Shown here piece after piece: positions 10,041 to 20,750 of a stretch of 64,000 nucleotides of DNA; position 1 is the stretch's first letter; the number at the start of each line of letters is the position of its first letter. The translations under genes and the position numbers were made by a program. A model generated the notes under the pieces. That model had not been told where the DNA came from. It worked only from the letters and a program-made list of their open reading frames with translations, and made no database searches. Origin of the DNA: Vulcanimicrobiota bacterium (GTDB lineage Bacteria > Vulcanimicrobiota > Vulcanimicrobiia > Vulcanimicrobiales > Vulcanimicrobiaceae); contig OY970223.1 in the NCBI GenBank assembly GCA_963714015.1, forward strand, positions 1,632,001 to 1,696,000, read 5' to 3'.

Positions 10041-11688
10041 CTAAGGAAGATTTGGATCATTGTATTGCGACTTTGGTTCAGCCGGAGACCAGCTTGTGGA
10101 CTTGAGTATGATGATTGGGCACGTGCCGCCGTAAGTTCTGGTTGCGGTGGCCGTTTCGAGGAGTCCCGTTTCTCCGTAAATCTGGTATGGTGTCGTCGTT
10201 TTTGTTGGGAAAGTTTTCTCGTATTGCCCGTGTGGCCCATCAACTAGACACTGCACCGACGATTCAACCGTTGTAGTGCCCGTCATCGAGCAGTAACCAT
10301 AGCTGTCTAGCGTGCAGGGATCGAGATTGATCCCCTCGCTTGCGTAGGTCGCATTTTCGCCACTGTACTCCATGGAGTTCGGGTTACCGCTAAAATCCAC
10401 GAGAGACCCAAACCATCGTCCGTCTTGATAAGCTGATATGCTACATTGCGTTGCCGGAGCCCCAACCTTCACCGGACACGGCGGAACAATTTGTCCCATC
10501 TCGACCGATCCCCAGTGTACGGACGCATAGGGCTGAGGACAACCACCGAAACATGAACCGTCGTAGAAGTACTCGCCACCTTTTTGGCCGATTGACGTAA
10601 TTCGTTTTACGGTGCAGGCCACGCATGGCGTCTGCTCACCAACTGAATCGGTTCCACCCGGTTGCCATTGTCCCGGCGGAGGAAAGTATACCCATGCGCC
10701 GTCATCCCAATTTGTCTGCCCGGGTGGCCAGGGGCTCTGCTGTGGTGGTGGGTTTTCGGGAAGGCCAGTCGCAAGAAAGAGCAGATTTGGTATGATCTCA
10801 CCGAAGAAGACGCCGATTGTTCCAGTATTCCCAGGCGCCTGGGAATTGCAGTAGTAGTGTTGCGACTGGTTCGTCCACTGCGCGCCGTTTGTTACACTGA
10901 TGAACGGCTGAATCCCACCGTCCGGGTTGTATTGCAGCCCTGCGTCAACTGAATCCCCGTCGGCGCCAGTTCCACCCGAGTACGCGAAGCCATCATCGGG
11001 AAACCCGGCTCCATCTATCGCCAAGGCTTCTGCCCCGCAAGGGAGAGTCACGGTAAAGGCCGTTAATCCGCTCGACGATTGCTCTCGAAAGTATGGGCCG
11101 GTGCCGATGTCTTGACCTTGGCCGGGTGTAAGATCCATCTTCGTTCTGCCCGCGACCGGCTCTCCTGATAGGTTAAACGATTCCGATACCACAGACTTCG
11201 CAATTGCAGGACGATTTGAGAAGATCGTACCGTTGCCAATATACACGAAGTCGCCGCGCATGTTCCGGGGCATCGAACGCATCAGAAGGAGAGCCAACTT
11301 CCTTTGGGAGCCCGTTACAGAAGGATCAATGAAGCGCTCGATGTCCGCGTCGGTAATCTTCTTTCCGACGAGCGATGCGAAGCTCTGGGCCGACGAGGAG
11401 GACGATAGATGGCCTGTGTACCGGCAACGGTTTATTGCCAATCTGCTGTGCCGGCGATGTCGTCGAAATGGGTGCGGCCTGTGGAACAATCGTGTGAGAG
11501 CCTGTCGAACCCGTCGCTTGCAACGGAGGCGAATCAGACGGCAGGCGTACTGCTGACCCGCAACCCGAAAACGCTAATGTTGCAAGCAGCGCAACCAACG
11601 GCAACGCGCCACGTCTGGAGAAAAACGCAGCGGCGCGGTGGGTGGAACACGGAATGCTGGGACGTCGATCTGTGACTAAGCCGCGCAT
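10041..11688 (-). CDS. Large Cys-rich lipoprotein with YrpD-like domain, frameshifted near 11400
   Basis: LAFSGC lipobox in ORF 11326-11688; GPYFR..LPC..AYSGG..DAGLQY in ORF 10041-11489. Confidence 0.6.
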
Positions 11689-12090
11689 AAAGCCCCCCGG
11701 TAGAACTCGCGTTGCGCTAAGAGGAAGGTTTGGCTTCCTTGGTAAGCCGGCTCATCGCATAATACAGCACCTTTTTGAAGCATGCAAGGCCGATTCAAAG
11801 CGGCAGAGCGGCGAGAGTTAGAATTGGTCCAGGTGTCGGGCTAGTTGCGGGCAACGCTCACGCGCCGTGAGAGACTCGGCGTTTCGAAGTCAGCCGTAGC
11901 GTCTCGCCTTGGCTTTCTTGGACTGGAGTTCTGAGGTCTCGCGCGTCTTGGCACGACAGTCCGCGCGAGTCCCCAGGCGATGAGCGATTTCGGTAGACCA
12001 ACACGAGTGCGATCCGGGAGCATGCCAAGCAGTGGACCCAGTTTCAACACAAACCACGCGCTGGTCAAAAACCTCGTTTTCCATGCAGGA

Positions 12091-12113
12091 CCCACAATGG
12101 AATCCGAATAGCC
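12091..12113 (+). repeat. Putative ISL3 right terminal inverted repeat
   Basis: Reverse complement GGCTATTCGGATTCCATTGTGGG fits the GG.TAT.CGGATT style of ISL3 ends; AT-rich flank AATCAATT. Confidence 0.5.
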
Positions 12114-12253
12114 AATCAATTTCGCGCGGTCATTTCTTGAACGCGTGAAACTTCGCACTGGATTTTTGGAACTCGCGTTGTTTTTCGGGACTCGCGTCTT
12201 CTTGCGCGCGTGAGGCATTGATTCTGCGCTGAGCGGGAAGGGTGAGAGCGGCC

Positions 12254-12817
12254 ATGAAGTCGACCGAAATGTATCTCGTCGAGCCGGCTCTGCAGCACCT
12301 TGCGAGTTATGTTGATGCTTTACAGCGCGGCTGGTCGCCGGACGGGACACCCGAAGGCGCTCAGCGGCGCTTAGACCGAATCGCTCGCAATCGCGATGGC
12401 TTTCTTGCGGCTGCACGCGATCCGTATCAAGCGGGAGTAGTCATCACAATGCCCGACGGCTCGCGTGTCGCATGCCCACCGGGTGTTGCCCGTTGGATAT
12501 GGGATGACGAATTTTGCGGCCAGATATGGCTGCGATGGTCTGGAAGCGGAGCGGAGTTGCCGCCGCACTGGTTAGGGCATGTCGCCTACGAGGTCGTGCC
12601 GTGGAAGCAACGCCGCGGCTACGCGACGCATGCTCTGCGGCAGATTCTGCCGGAAGCGCGCAAACTCGGCTTGCCGCATATCGACGTCGTAGCCGGCGTC
12701 GAAAACGTCGCTTCGCAGCGCGTCATTTTATCAAACGGCGGAGTTCTAGTCGAGCGACTTGAGAAATCGAGCACAAATGGAGGCGGTGAAGCGCTTAGGT
12801 ATCGCATCGCGCTGTAG
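12254..12817 (+). CDS. GNAT acetyltransferase
   Basis: GHVAYEVVPWKQRRGYAT and NVASQRVILSNGG. Confidence 0.9.
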   Translation: MKSTEMYLVEPALQHLASYVDALQRGWSPDGTPEGAQRRLDRIARNRDGFLAAARDPYQAGVVITMPDGSRVACPPGVARWIWDDEFCGQIWLRWSGSGAELPPHWLGHVAYEVVPWKQRRGYATHALRQILPEARKLGLPHIDVVAGVENVASQRVILSNGGVLVERLEKSSTNGGGEALRYRIAL

Positions 12818-12927
12818 CGTCGCTTCGACATCATGGATGACGCCGGTCAGCGGCGCGGTCCTACCGGAGGAACTCGCCTCGGCCGTTGAATATAGCCGCT
12901 TGGATTTCGCTTTTTTGAAAGGGCGCT

Positions 12928-13839
12928 ATGACTTCAAGTTCGGGCACCGCGGACGAATCGCAACCGAATATTGAGAGAATCGTTCGAAAGTGCGGTTTGC
13001 CCAAGACGGCGTTTTTCGCGCTATGCCTCACCAGCGAGGCCATTCTTTTCGTGTACGATCGAACAAGCGCCTACATCGGGCTCGAAGCCTTTTCCTACGG
13101 TCTAATCCTTTGGCTTATCGTTCGCTCCTGCATCAAACGAAATGGCGAGTCGGAAGCCACCGCACTTAGAACGCGTTCTTCCGGGACGCGCCTCTACTTG
13201 CGGACCGCCGTTGTCGTGGCTACTCTGCTCTTCGTTGCGTACCAAACATCTTGGGGCGAGCAGCTTATCTTGCGGAGTCACGCGGAAGCACTCGTTCAGC
13301 GTTTGTCGTCGGCGGTCGGCCTAGGATACGGTGATAGCGCTCTCCCAAACTTCATCGTCTTCGTGCTCATTCCCGGAACTTTACTCTTCGCGCTCGGTAC
13401 GAAACCGATAGAACTCGGCCTAACAGCCTGGCGGAAAGGCAGTTGGTACGCGCTCATGGGCGCGTTCATCCTTCCAGCAATCTTCGCTGGTTTCTGGTTT
13501 GCCAGAGGACACGCAACTATCGGACTACTCATTTTGATCCTGGTGCGAAATCTCTTGAGTAACGGATTCAGCGAGGAGTTTCTCATGCGCGGAATGACGA
13601 TGAGCCATCTGCGCGCCTATTTTTCGAAAGACTGGGCCCTCGTTCTGCAAGCGACGCTCTTTGGTTTGCTCCACTTTGGCCAGCCACAAGGGAATTGGGT
13701 GGTGGCGCTCGCGTACGTAATTGCACTGAACGCTCCGATGGGGTTCTTCCTAGGGCTGATCGCGCTGCGATCTTCTAGCGTCGTTTTGCCCGGATTGATT
13801 CATATGACGCTGGATACCCTAAAAGATCTGGTAATGTAG
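12928..13839 (+). CDS. CPBP (CAAX/Abi) intramembrane metalloprotease
   Basis: EEFLMRG, FGLLH and terminal H motifs. Confidence 0.88.
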   Translation: MTSSSGTADESQPNIERIVRKCGLPKTAFFALCLTSEAILFVYDRTSAYIGLEAFSYGLILWLIVRSCIKRNGESEATALRTRSSGTRLYLRTAVVVATLLFVAYQTSWGEQLILRSHAEALVQRLSSAVGLGYGDSALPNFIVFVLIPGTLLFALGTKPIELGLTAWRKGSWYALMGAFILPAIFAGFWFARGHATIGLLILILVRNLLSNGFSEEFLMRGMTMSHLRAYFSKDWALVLQATLFGLLHFGQPQGNWVVALAYVIALNAPMGFFLGLIALRSSSVVLPGLIHMTLDTLKDLVM

Positions 13840-13921
13840 AGCTTCGTTTCGCGTCGGCGCGGAATGCATGGCGGCAAACGTACTTGTGATACGAATGGAA
13901 GACGGTTGGTCAAGAGGCAAA

Positions 13922-14445
13922 ATGCTGGACCACGTTTCGATTGGCGTAAGCGACCTGGATCGTTCTATACGATTTTACGATACGTGCTCGTGCCGCTGGG
14001 GTACAAACGGGTATGGAGCGACGGCGATGCCGCCGGTTGTGGCATCGATGGGAAAGACGAAGCATTTGCGATCAAAAAGGACGCTATAGGCCACGTCAAG
14101 CAAAGCGTCCGATTTCATATAGCGTTTATCGCGCCAAACCAGCGATCGGTGATGGATTTTCACGATGTTGCCTGCAGCCTCGGAGCGATATCCGATGGGG
14201 AGCCGGAACTGCATCCATTATACGGAAAAGAATACTTTGCGGCATTCATTATCGATCCCGATGGCCACCGCATTGAAGCAGTGACCATGGACAACCTCGA
14301 ATTAAGGCCGGCTCGGCCTGATGATCGGAGAATCATCGAACTCGTCTATTTCGGAAGTCAGCCGCTAGCCATTGAGCGATTGTTCGGGTGGCGCCGAGAC
14401 GAAGCGGAACGCTGGAAGTTCGCCGAATCGTACAGGCCGGGTTTA
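13922..14445 (+). pseudogene. VOC protein (frameshift near 13980) fused to a truncated GNAT N-terminus
   Basis: MLDHVSIGV..DPDGHRIEAV followed in frame by LELRPARPDD.. Confidence 0.7.
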
Positions 14446-14747
14446 CATGCGATCGTATCTGGGGTCCTTCATCTACGTGTCGGCGAAGATTCCGTCATCT
14501 TCCTCAGCGGCGGTCGAAGGCGACGTGGCGTTGGACGGACATGCCCGCACGTACATGAATCGGTCCGCCGACGGCGCGTTCCGCCTTGGTGTGGTCACGC
14601 GACTTGTCGTGGGCAAGATCGGCCCCCGGTCCAGCGGAATCCGGTAGACAGGGGCGCTCCGCGGCGCCAAACGCGGCACGAGGCCGGAGCGATTCCAAAA
14701 GCTTGCGACGCTCGCGATGGAAAGGCAGATCGCCTTCGTTTTTCTCG

Positions 14748-15104
14748 TTAGAGTGGTGAGACGCTCCAAGGAGGCGCGTCGGTAAACGATGCACTTCGCG
14801 CCCAGCAGTCGTTGTTGCTCACTTTCCCTATCGGCATTTGCGTGAGTGAGAGGTTCGGTTCGTAAGGGATGCCGATAGCATTGGCGGCGCTCGTGTGTGG
14901 TGGGATTGGAATGTTGAATTCGAACTCGTGCGCGCTCACGAGAACGCCTATTTGCTTGATGTGGCTTCCCGAGGCGTTGAAGAGAACTGCTCGCAAGCGT
15001 GGGTGTTGCCTCGGGCCGGCTATGATTGAACAGTTCGTCGCGCTTACCGGGCTACACGCAGCGAGGCTAATGAGCAGCCACGCCGCCGCGGATTCTCGAG
15101 TCAT
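14748..15104 (-). CDS. Hypothetical lipoprotein
   Basis: LAAC lipobox. Confidence 0.6.
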   Translation of the reverse strand: MTRESAAAWLLISLAACSPVSATNCSIIAGPRQHPRLRAVLFNASGSHIKQIGVLVSAHEFEFNIPIPPHTSAANAIGIPYEPNLSLTQMPIGKVSNNDCWARSASFTDAPPWSVSPL

Positions 15105-15575
15105 CGCCGCAACGTTTCGAGGCTGCCGATTGTGCTAACCTTGGGCGAGCCGCGCGTTGCCCGCTGTATGCACGATCGCTACAGCGGAGTTTCGGCGGAG
15201 CCGGCTCGAGCGTAACTCGTTGGTCGTCCAGGTTCGAAGGCAAAACCTGGGAAGATATCTACGACGATTCCGGAAACCGTGAAATCAACGGCGGGACAAG
15301 ATGGGGGATGTTCGAGATACACTCCCAATTCTTCTACGACGGCGACTGCCTTGAACAACGCGAACTCGGGCCGAAGCAGTAGGTGGTTGGACCAGATTGC
15401 CTACAACTATCAACTGGCTTGTCGACATAGTGATGGAAGCAACCCCGATCCGAGGTCGCGTCCCGGCGCCTATGTCGACGCCGTGCAGCGTGCATACGTC
15501 CCGTTGTCGACACGCACGCCAGTTCCCGACCATCGAATACTCCGGTTCCCGAAGTCTCGGAGATTAAGGTTTTTT

Positions 15576-16358
15576 ATGTCGCATCGCACGCCGTCATCCA
15601 TCCTGGCCGCTTCGGTTCTCCTGTGGCTCACTGGCTGCGGTGGGGACGCTGGTGCGGGCGGCACGCCCGGTGGGACGCCTTCGCCCCCGATCATTACCCT
15701 TAACCCAACGTCTACGCTTCCCGCGTCGGGAGCGACCTGGGTGTACGAGCAACACATTGTCAGCAGTTCCGACACAACGCTAAACGGCGAATCTGGTCCA
15801 CTGACTATTACCTATACCGGTACAAACGCTTACCGCGGCGGTCAGTATTACACGCTTACGTATCAAAGCATCGCCGGGCCTCCGTTTCCAACGAACTACT
15901 TCCAAATGGCCGCGGGTGGAAGTTTTTCAGAATTTGCTGGGGCCTTTTACAACTTCCCAATCGTACCTGGTTGCCTGCAGGGCCCTCAGGTTGAAGACGT
16001 GCTCTCGAAGCCACTGAACTTCAATTCGCCTGGAACATCAACCGTGACAGAGACAATCTACCAGTGCGGTTCCTCACCCCAATCGCAACAGGCCTCTGTC
16101 TCCGTCCATGACGGCGGCACAACAATCGTCACGACGTCCGGTGGACGATTCAATGCACACGTATACACTGGAGTGTACGACTCGTTCGGCGGGCAAACGA
16201 CATATACCAATTACGTAGCGGCGGACGTCATCGTCGAGCGTAGGGTAACCTTTTCCGGTAGCCAGACAACCACAGGGACGAGCGTAACCGAATATGAAAG
16301 CGGGCCTTTAAACGTCGCGTTTCCGGGTCTTTCAATGCTGTTGGCGCAAAGCTGGTGA
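15576..16358 (+). CDS. Hypothetical lipoprotein
   Basis: LTGC lipobox, Gly/Pro linker, beta-rich body. Confidence 0.7.
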   Translation: MSHRTPSSILAASVLLWLTGCGGDAGAGGTPGGTPSPPIITLNPTSTLPASGATWVYEQHIVSSSDTTLNGESGPLTITYTGTNAYRGGQYYTLTYQSIAGPPFPTNYFQMAAGGSFSEFAGAFYNFPIVPGCLQGPQVEDVLSKPLNFNSPGTSTVTETIYQCGSSPQSQQASVSVHDGGTTIVTTSGGRFNAHVYTGVYDSFGGQTTYTNYVAADVIVERRVTFSGSQTTTGTSVTEYESGPLNVAFPGLSMLLAQSW

Positions 16359-16771
16359 TAGTTCATCGGTCCGCCGCGCCACTGTCCGACAGCGTTCATC
16401 ACGCGCATCGAAGGAGCGGCGCTACCGCGCAGTAATTTGCGCAAGGGCAGGACAACGTGCAGTGGTTCGACGGCGTCGCGGTATAGGCCGTGTGATCGGG
16501 TAACCGCCGCAGCCGAACGGCGGGGGTAATTGCGAAGGCGTCTGTTCCAACATTTTCAATTGCGTATCATGTGCGGCTGCAAATGAGGAATTCTATATGG
16601 TTATGGCGATCCGAACAGTCTAACGACCGTACCGCATACCGCAGGCGATTCTCAAAGTAATTTTTTCCGTTCGTTCTGGGATGCGGGAGGCCGCGGTGGT
16701 CGAAGGCGTCAAACGTGAGTCATGCACCTCCGGCCCATTTTTACGGTTATAGTCGCCGCGGTCGCTCCGAG

Positions 16772-16799
16772 TGTCGGCTCCGGTCTCGCCCAAACGTCT
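16772..16799 (+). promoter_or_regulatory. ECF42-type promoter
   Basis: TGTCGG-N16-ACGTCT upstream of the YCII-ECF pair. Confidence 0.6.
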
Positions 16800-16824
16800 A
16801 TAAGGTACAAAGGAGACAAGAACC

Positions 16825-17157
16825 ATGAGTGAATTCGTGTACCTCTACCGCGGCGGGCGGCGCCCGGAATCCCCGGCGGAGGGCGAGCAGGTGATGCAAA
16901 AGTGGGGCGCTTGGCTGCAATCGCTGGCCGACGGCGGTCATCTCATCGATCGCGGGCAGCCGCTCGAGCCCGATGGGAAAGTCGTACGGAAGAAGTCGGC
17001 CGTCACCGACGGTCCTTTCGCGGAATCAAAGGACATCGTCGGCGGCTTCTCTCTCGTCAATGCAAAAGATCTGGCTGAAGCAGCGCAGCTCGCGTCGGGA
17101 TGCCCAATCTTCGAGCATGAGGGGTTGGTCGAAGTGCGCCCCGTTCTGAAAATGTAA
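16825..17157 (+). CDS. YCII/DGPF-domain protein
   Basis: VTDGPFAESKDIVGGF..VEVRP. Confidence 0.92.
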   Translation: MSEFVYLYRGGRRPESPAEGEQVMQKWGAWLQSLADGGHLIDRGQPLEPDGKVVRKKSAVTDGPFAESKDIVGGFSLVNAKDLAEAAQLASGCPIFEHEGLVEVRPVLKM

Positions 17158-18402
17158 ATGGACAACGGCGAGCATCTCTTCCGGCGTGAGTCGGGGCGGA
17201 TCGTCGCCGCACTCACCCGCATGCTCGGGCTCCACAACGTCGCGATGGCGGAAGACGTAGCACAAGACGTCTTCTGCCGCGCGCTGGAGGTATGGAAGCT
17301 TCGCGGCGTGCCCGACAATCCGTCTGCGTGGCTCATGACGGCGGCGAAAAACCGCGCAGTCGATCTGCTTCGTCGCGATCGGACTGCGAGGTCGGTGCAT
17401 GCCGGACTAGGTCGTCTGCTCGAAAGCGAATGGACGCGCGTTACAACGGTCAAGGAGCACTTCTCCGGCGAAGCGATCCGGGACGGCGAGTTGCGCGTGA
17501 TGTTCTCTTGCTGCGATCCGGCCATCAGCGAACAGACCCAAGTGGCGCTCATTCTTTCGCTGCTTTGCGGATTCGGCGTTGCCGAAATTGCGGCGGCCTT
17601 CCTCGCAAAACGCGGCGCTATGGAAAAGCGAATCGAGCGTGGGAAAAAGATGCTGGCAGCTTCGCAAACGCTGTTCGACTTCGCGGATGCGGAATTTGCC
17701 GGCCGGCTCTGCGCGGTGCAGCGTGCCGTTTATCTCTTGTTCAACGAAGGATACCACGGTGCGTCGCCCAGAGGAGCGGTTCGCAGCGAGCTTTGCGGCG
17801 AGGCGCTGCGATTAGGCGCGATCCTTTCGGAGGCGCCGCTTACCGCAATGCCTTCGACGCTGGCCCTTTGTGCGCTTATGTGCTTTCACGCCAGCCGTCT
17901 TCGCGCGCGCCTCGGTTCCGACGGAAGCCTCATCGCACTGGCGGATCAAGACCGTTCGCTCTGGGACAAGACGCTCATCCGTCGCGGGCAGGCCTACCTC
18001 GAGCGCGCAGCCGAGGGGACCGACGTTACGGAATATCACCTCGAAGCAGCGATCGCCGGTGCACACTGTCTGGCGGAAAGTGCGGCCACGACGGACTGGG
18101 AGCGCATCGTCTGGCTGTACGATGCCCTGATGCAGCTTCGGCCCTCTCCCGTGGTCGCGCTAAATCGCGCGATCGCCGTCGCGCAACTCCGCGGCCCGCT
18201 GGCCGGCATCGAGGCCATCCTCGCAATTGACGGCCGCGAAGAACTGGCCGCATATCCGTTTTTCCCTGCTGCGCTTGCTGAATTGCAACTTCGTGCCGGC
18301 GGCAACGAAAAGGCCCGCGAATACTTTGAGCAGGCGATTGCGCTCGCTCGGAATTCGGAGGAGCGCCGCTTCTTGGAACGCCGTCTGCTTTCGACCTTAT
18401 GA
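17158..18402 (+). CDS. ECF42-type sigma factor with C-terminal TPR extension
   Basis: Sigma2/4 regions, YLLFNEGY, QDRSLWD, PSPVVALNRA. Confidence 0.92.
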   Translation: MDNGEHLFRRESGRIVAALTRMLGLHNVAMAEDVAQDVFCRALEVWKLRGVPDNPSAWLMTAAKNRAVDLLRRDRTARSVHAGLGRLLESEWTRVTTVKEHFSGEAIRDGELRVMFSCCDPAISEQTQVALILSLLCGFGVAEIAAAFLAKRGAMEKRIERGKKMLAASQTLFDFADAEFAGRLCAVQRAVYLLFNEGYHGASPRGAVRSELCGEALRLGAILSEAPLTAMPSTLALCALMCFHASRLRARLGSDGSLIALADQDRSLWDKTLIRRGQAYLERAAEGTDVTEYHLEAAIAGAHCLAESAATTDWERIVWLYDALMQLRPSPVVALNRAIAVAQLRGPLAGIEAILAIDGREELAAYPFFPAALAELQLRAGGNEKAREYFEQAIALARNSEERRFLERRLLSTL

Positions 18403-18507
18403 GCGCGCCGTAGCGCCCCCGCTAAACAAGTCGTTACAGCGATCACGAAACCTTCCGATCCACTCTAGCGTACATTGGTCACATCCCTCGTTCTCAGGGA
18501 GGATTCG

Positions 18508-18963
18508 ATGGCTTCGCTCTCAGCGGCAATCCCGGCATCGGCTGCGCCAACGCGCGAGGTGTCGCTACTCCATCTATATCTCCTGAGATCGGCGTACCTG
18601 CTATTGATTATCGGTCTCGGTACCTCCGTGTGGCCGGCAATGATTGCACATACCACATGGCCGCTAACGCTCAGCCCTTGGCGCGGCGTCGGAAACAGTT
18701 TGCTGGCTGCGCTACCGATTCTCGCGGTATTCGGACTTCGCTACCCGCTGAAAATGTTGCCGCTGCTGATCTTCGAAGCGACTTGGAAATCGATCTGGCT
18801 GCTAGCCGTTGCGTTCCCAATTTGGATAACCCATGGCCCAATCGATGACGCGCTGGCAGCAACGATTCGAGCCTGTCTCATGGGCGTAGCCTTTTATCTC
18901 GTTATTCCGTGGCGCTATGTTTTTGCGACCTTCGTGCAGCAAGCCGGAGATCGGTGGAAATGA
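18508..18963 (+). CDS. Membrane hypothetical protein
   Basis: 4 TM; GLRYPLKMLPLLIFE..WK. Confidence 0.75.
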   Translation: MASLSAAIPASAAPTREVSLLHLYLLRSAYLLLIIGLGTSVWPAMIAHTTWPLTLSPWRGVGNSLLAALPILAVFGLRYPLKMLPLLIFEATWKSIWLLAVAFPIWITHGPIDDALAATIRACLMGVAFYLVIPWRYVFATFVQQAGDRWK

Positions 18964-19197
18964 CAATAGTTGGAATTGATGTTCCCGGTCCCGAACACTT
19001 CGCGTGATAGGTTTCGTCGCGAAAAGCAGAATCGAATTTTTCGGAACCGCCCTATTTTTGGAATTCTCGGGGAATCGAGCACAATGGAGGGGGGTGAAGC
19101 GCTCACGTATCGCACCGCATTGTAACGCTGTGGTTTGCGCTGAACAAAGTTGCCCCGATCGTCTGAGCGGGAAGCAACATGCGCGCCCTGAACGCAT

Positions 19198-20157
19198 GTG
19201 ACAATGCCGCCTCTGTATCCCGGCCTAGCACCTTACGAGCACGGATTGCTCGACGTTGGCGACGGCAATTCCATCTACTGGGAATGCTCCGGCAATCCGA
19301 AAGGCAAGCCGGCAGTTTACGTGCATGGCGGCCCCGGATCGGGCTCGACCGCCGGAGCTCGCCGCTTCTTTAACCCCGACGCTTACAGAATCGTCCTTTT
19401 TGACCAGCGCAACTGCGGTCGCAGTAGTCCGCTCTTAACCACGCGGGCTCAGCTAGCGGCAAACACGACGCCGCATTTGATTCGGGATCTTGAATCGCTG
19501 CGTACTCACCTTTCGATCGAGCGATGGGCCATGCTCGGCAGTTCCTGGGGAACGACGCTCGCGCTGGCCTATGCGGAAAGACATCCGGAACGCGTTTCCG
19601 CTCTCGTATTGGCGTGCGTTACGACGACGTCTCGACGTGAAGTCGACTGGATTACGACCGGCGTCCGCCGTCTGTTCCCAGAGCAATGGGAACGGTTTGC
19701 GTTGCACATTCCCAGACAACTGAGACACGAACGCATCGTCGACGCATATGCAACCTTATTATTCGACGAGGACCCGGCGATCAGCGCAGCCGCCGCGGCC
19801 GAATGGTGCGCATGGGAAGACGCGCACGTTTCACTTACCCCCGGCTACAGGCCCAATGCCCGGTTTTTCGATGCCGACTATCGACTTCGGTTTGCTCGAA
19901 TGGTCACGCACTATTGGCAAAACTCAGCTTTCTTAGCCGATAACCAGCTGATACGTGAAGCCGGCTCATTGAATAGGATCCGCGGCGTCTTGATACATGG
20001 GAAGTACGATGTCAGCAGCCCATTGGAAACCGCGTGGCAATTGCACAGGGCTTGGCCGGCAAGCGAACTACAGGTCGCCAATGATGCCGGACACGGAGAC
20101 GGCTCGATATTCGAGAAGATCGTCAACGCGATGGATGGCATTTCAAGCCTTCAATGA
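19198..20157 (+). CDS. pip: Proline iminopeptidase
   Basis: HGGPG, FDQRNCGRS, GSSWG, DAGH. Confidence 0.9.
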   Translation: MTMPPLYPGLAPYEHGLLDVGDGNSIYWECSGNPKGKPAVYVHGGPGSGSTAGARRFFNPDAYRIVLFDQRNCGRSSPLLTTRAQLAANTTPHLIRDLESLRTHLSIERWAMLGSSWGTTLALAYAERHPERVSALVLACVTTTSRREVDWITTGVRRLFPEQWERFALHIPRQLRHERIVDAYATLLFDEDPAISAAAAAEWCAWEDAHVSLTPGYRPNARFFDADYRLRFARMVTHYWQNSAFLADNQLIREAGSLNRIRGVLIHGKYDVSSPLETAWQLHRAWPASELQVANDAGHGDGSIFEKIVNAMDGISSLQ

Positions 20158-20256
20158 ACGACTAATAAAGTACGGCAGCGGATTCGGGGTCGACGAATCG
20201 ACGCGCGAGTCCTCCAAGCGCCGTAACCATCGGCAACGATTGGAAAACATGCTCGC

Positions 20257-20600
20257 ATGAGGAATTCGAATCGCAAGTGGCCCGCCGTGATTTTCGTTGC
20301 ACTATGCAGCGTTGCAGCTTATGCAATTGCGGTGGCGACAATCGCCTATAACGGCCTCCCAGCGATAATTCGATTTCACCTCGGCATAATCGTGCCGGCC
20401 GACAGCGGGCCCAAAACGTCCATCCTTTTTGTCCCCGTGTTTAATGTAATTATCTGCATAATGTCCTATATGCAATATTTGAGGGCGGCGAGATCATACG
20501 CTCCGCTCATAGAAAACCTTTCGTTAGGCTTAGCGCTTTCGAGCTCGATTCTGTTGGTCGTGGCGGAAAAAACAATAATTGCCGCAGCTGAAGACTGGAT
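20257..20600 (+). pseudogene. DUF1648-like membrane protein fragment
   Basis: YNGLPAIIRFH...AD.GPK pattern, then degenerate. Confidence 0.4.
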
Positions 20601-20750
20601 CTGCGCCGCGCGGCTATGTCGATGCGACGCTCGGCCTACTTGTTCTGACCTTCATGCTCATTGCCGCAACCGGAATCGCAACAGTAAGAGGCTGATCATA
20701 CAAGCGACGGCGCGTAAAGGCCTTAGTCTCGTTCGGACCTCCAAGGCGTT

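Noticed and set aside
6147..16358. Integron cassette array
   Set aside because: Gene content is cassette-like, but I found no RYYYAAC..GTTRRRY attC sites and no intI
16668..16710. tRNA-Pro-like fragment
   Set aside because: No proper T-arm or acceptor stem
17292..18230. Long alternate-frame and antisense ORFs (this one and many similar)
   Set aside because: Arg/Ala-rich shadow ORFs expected at high GC over well-supported genes
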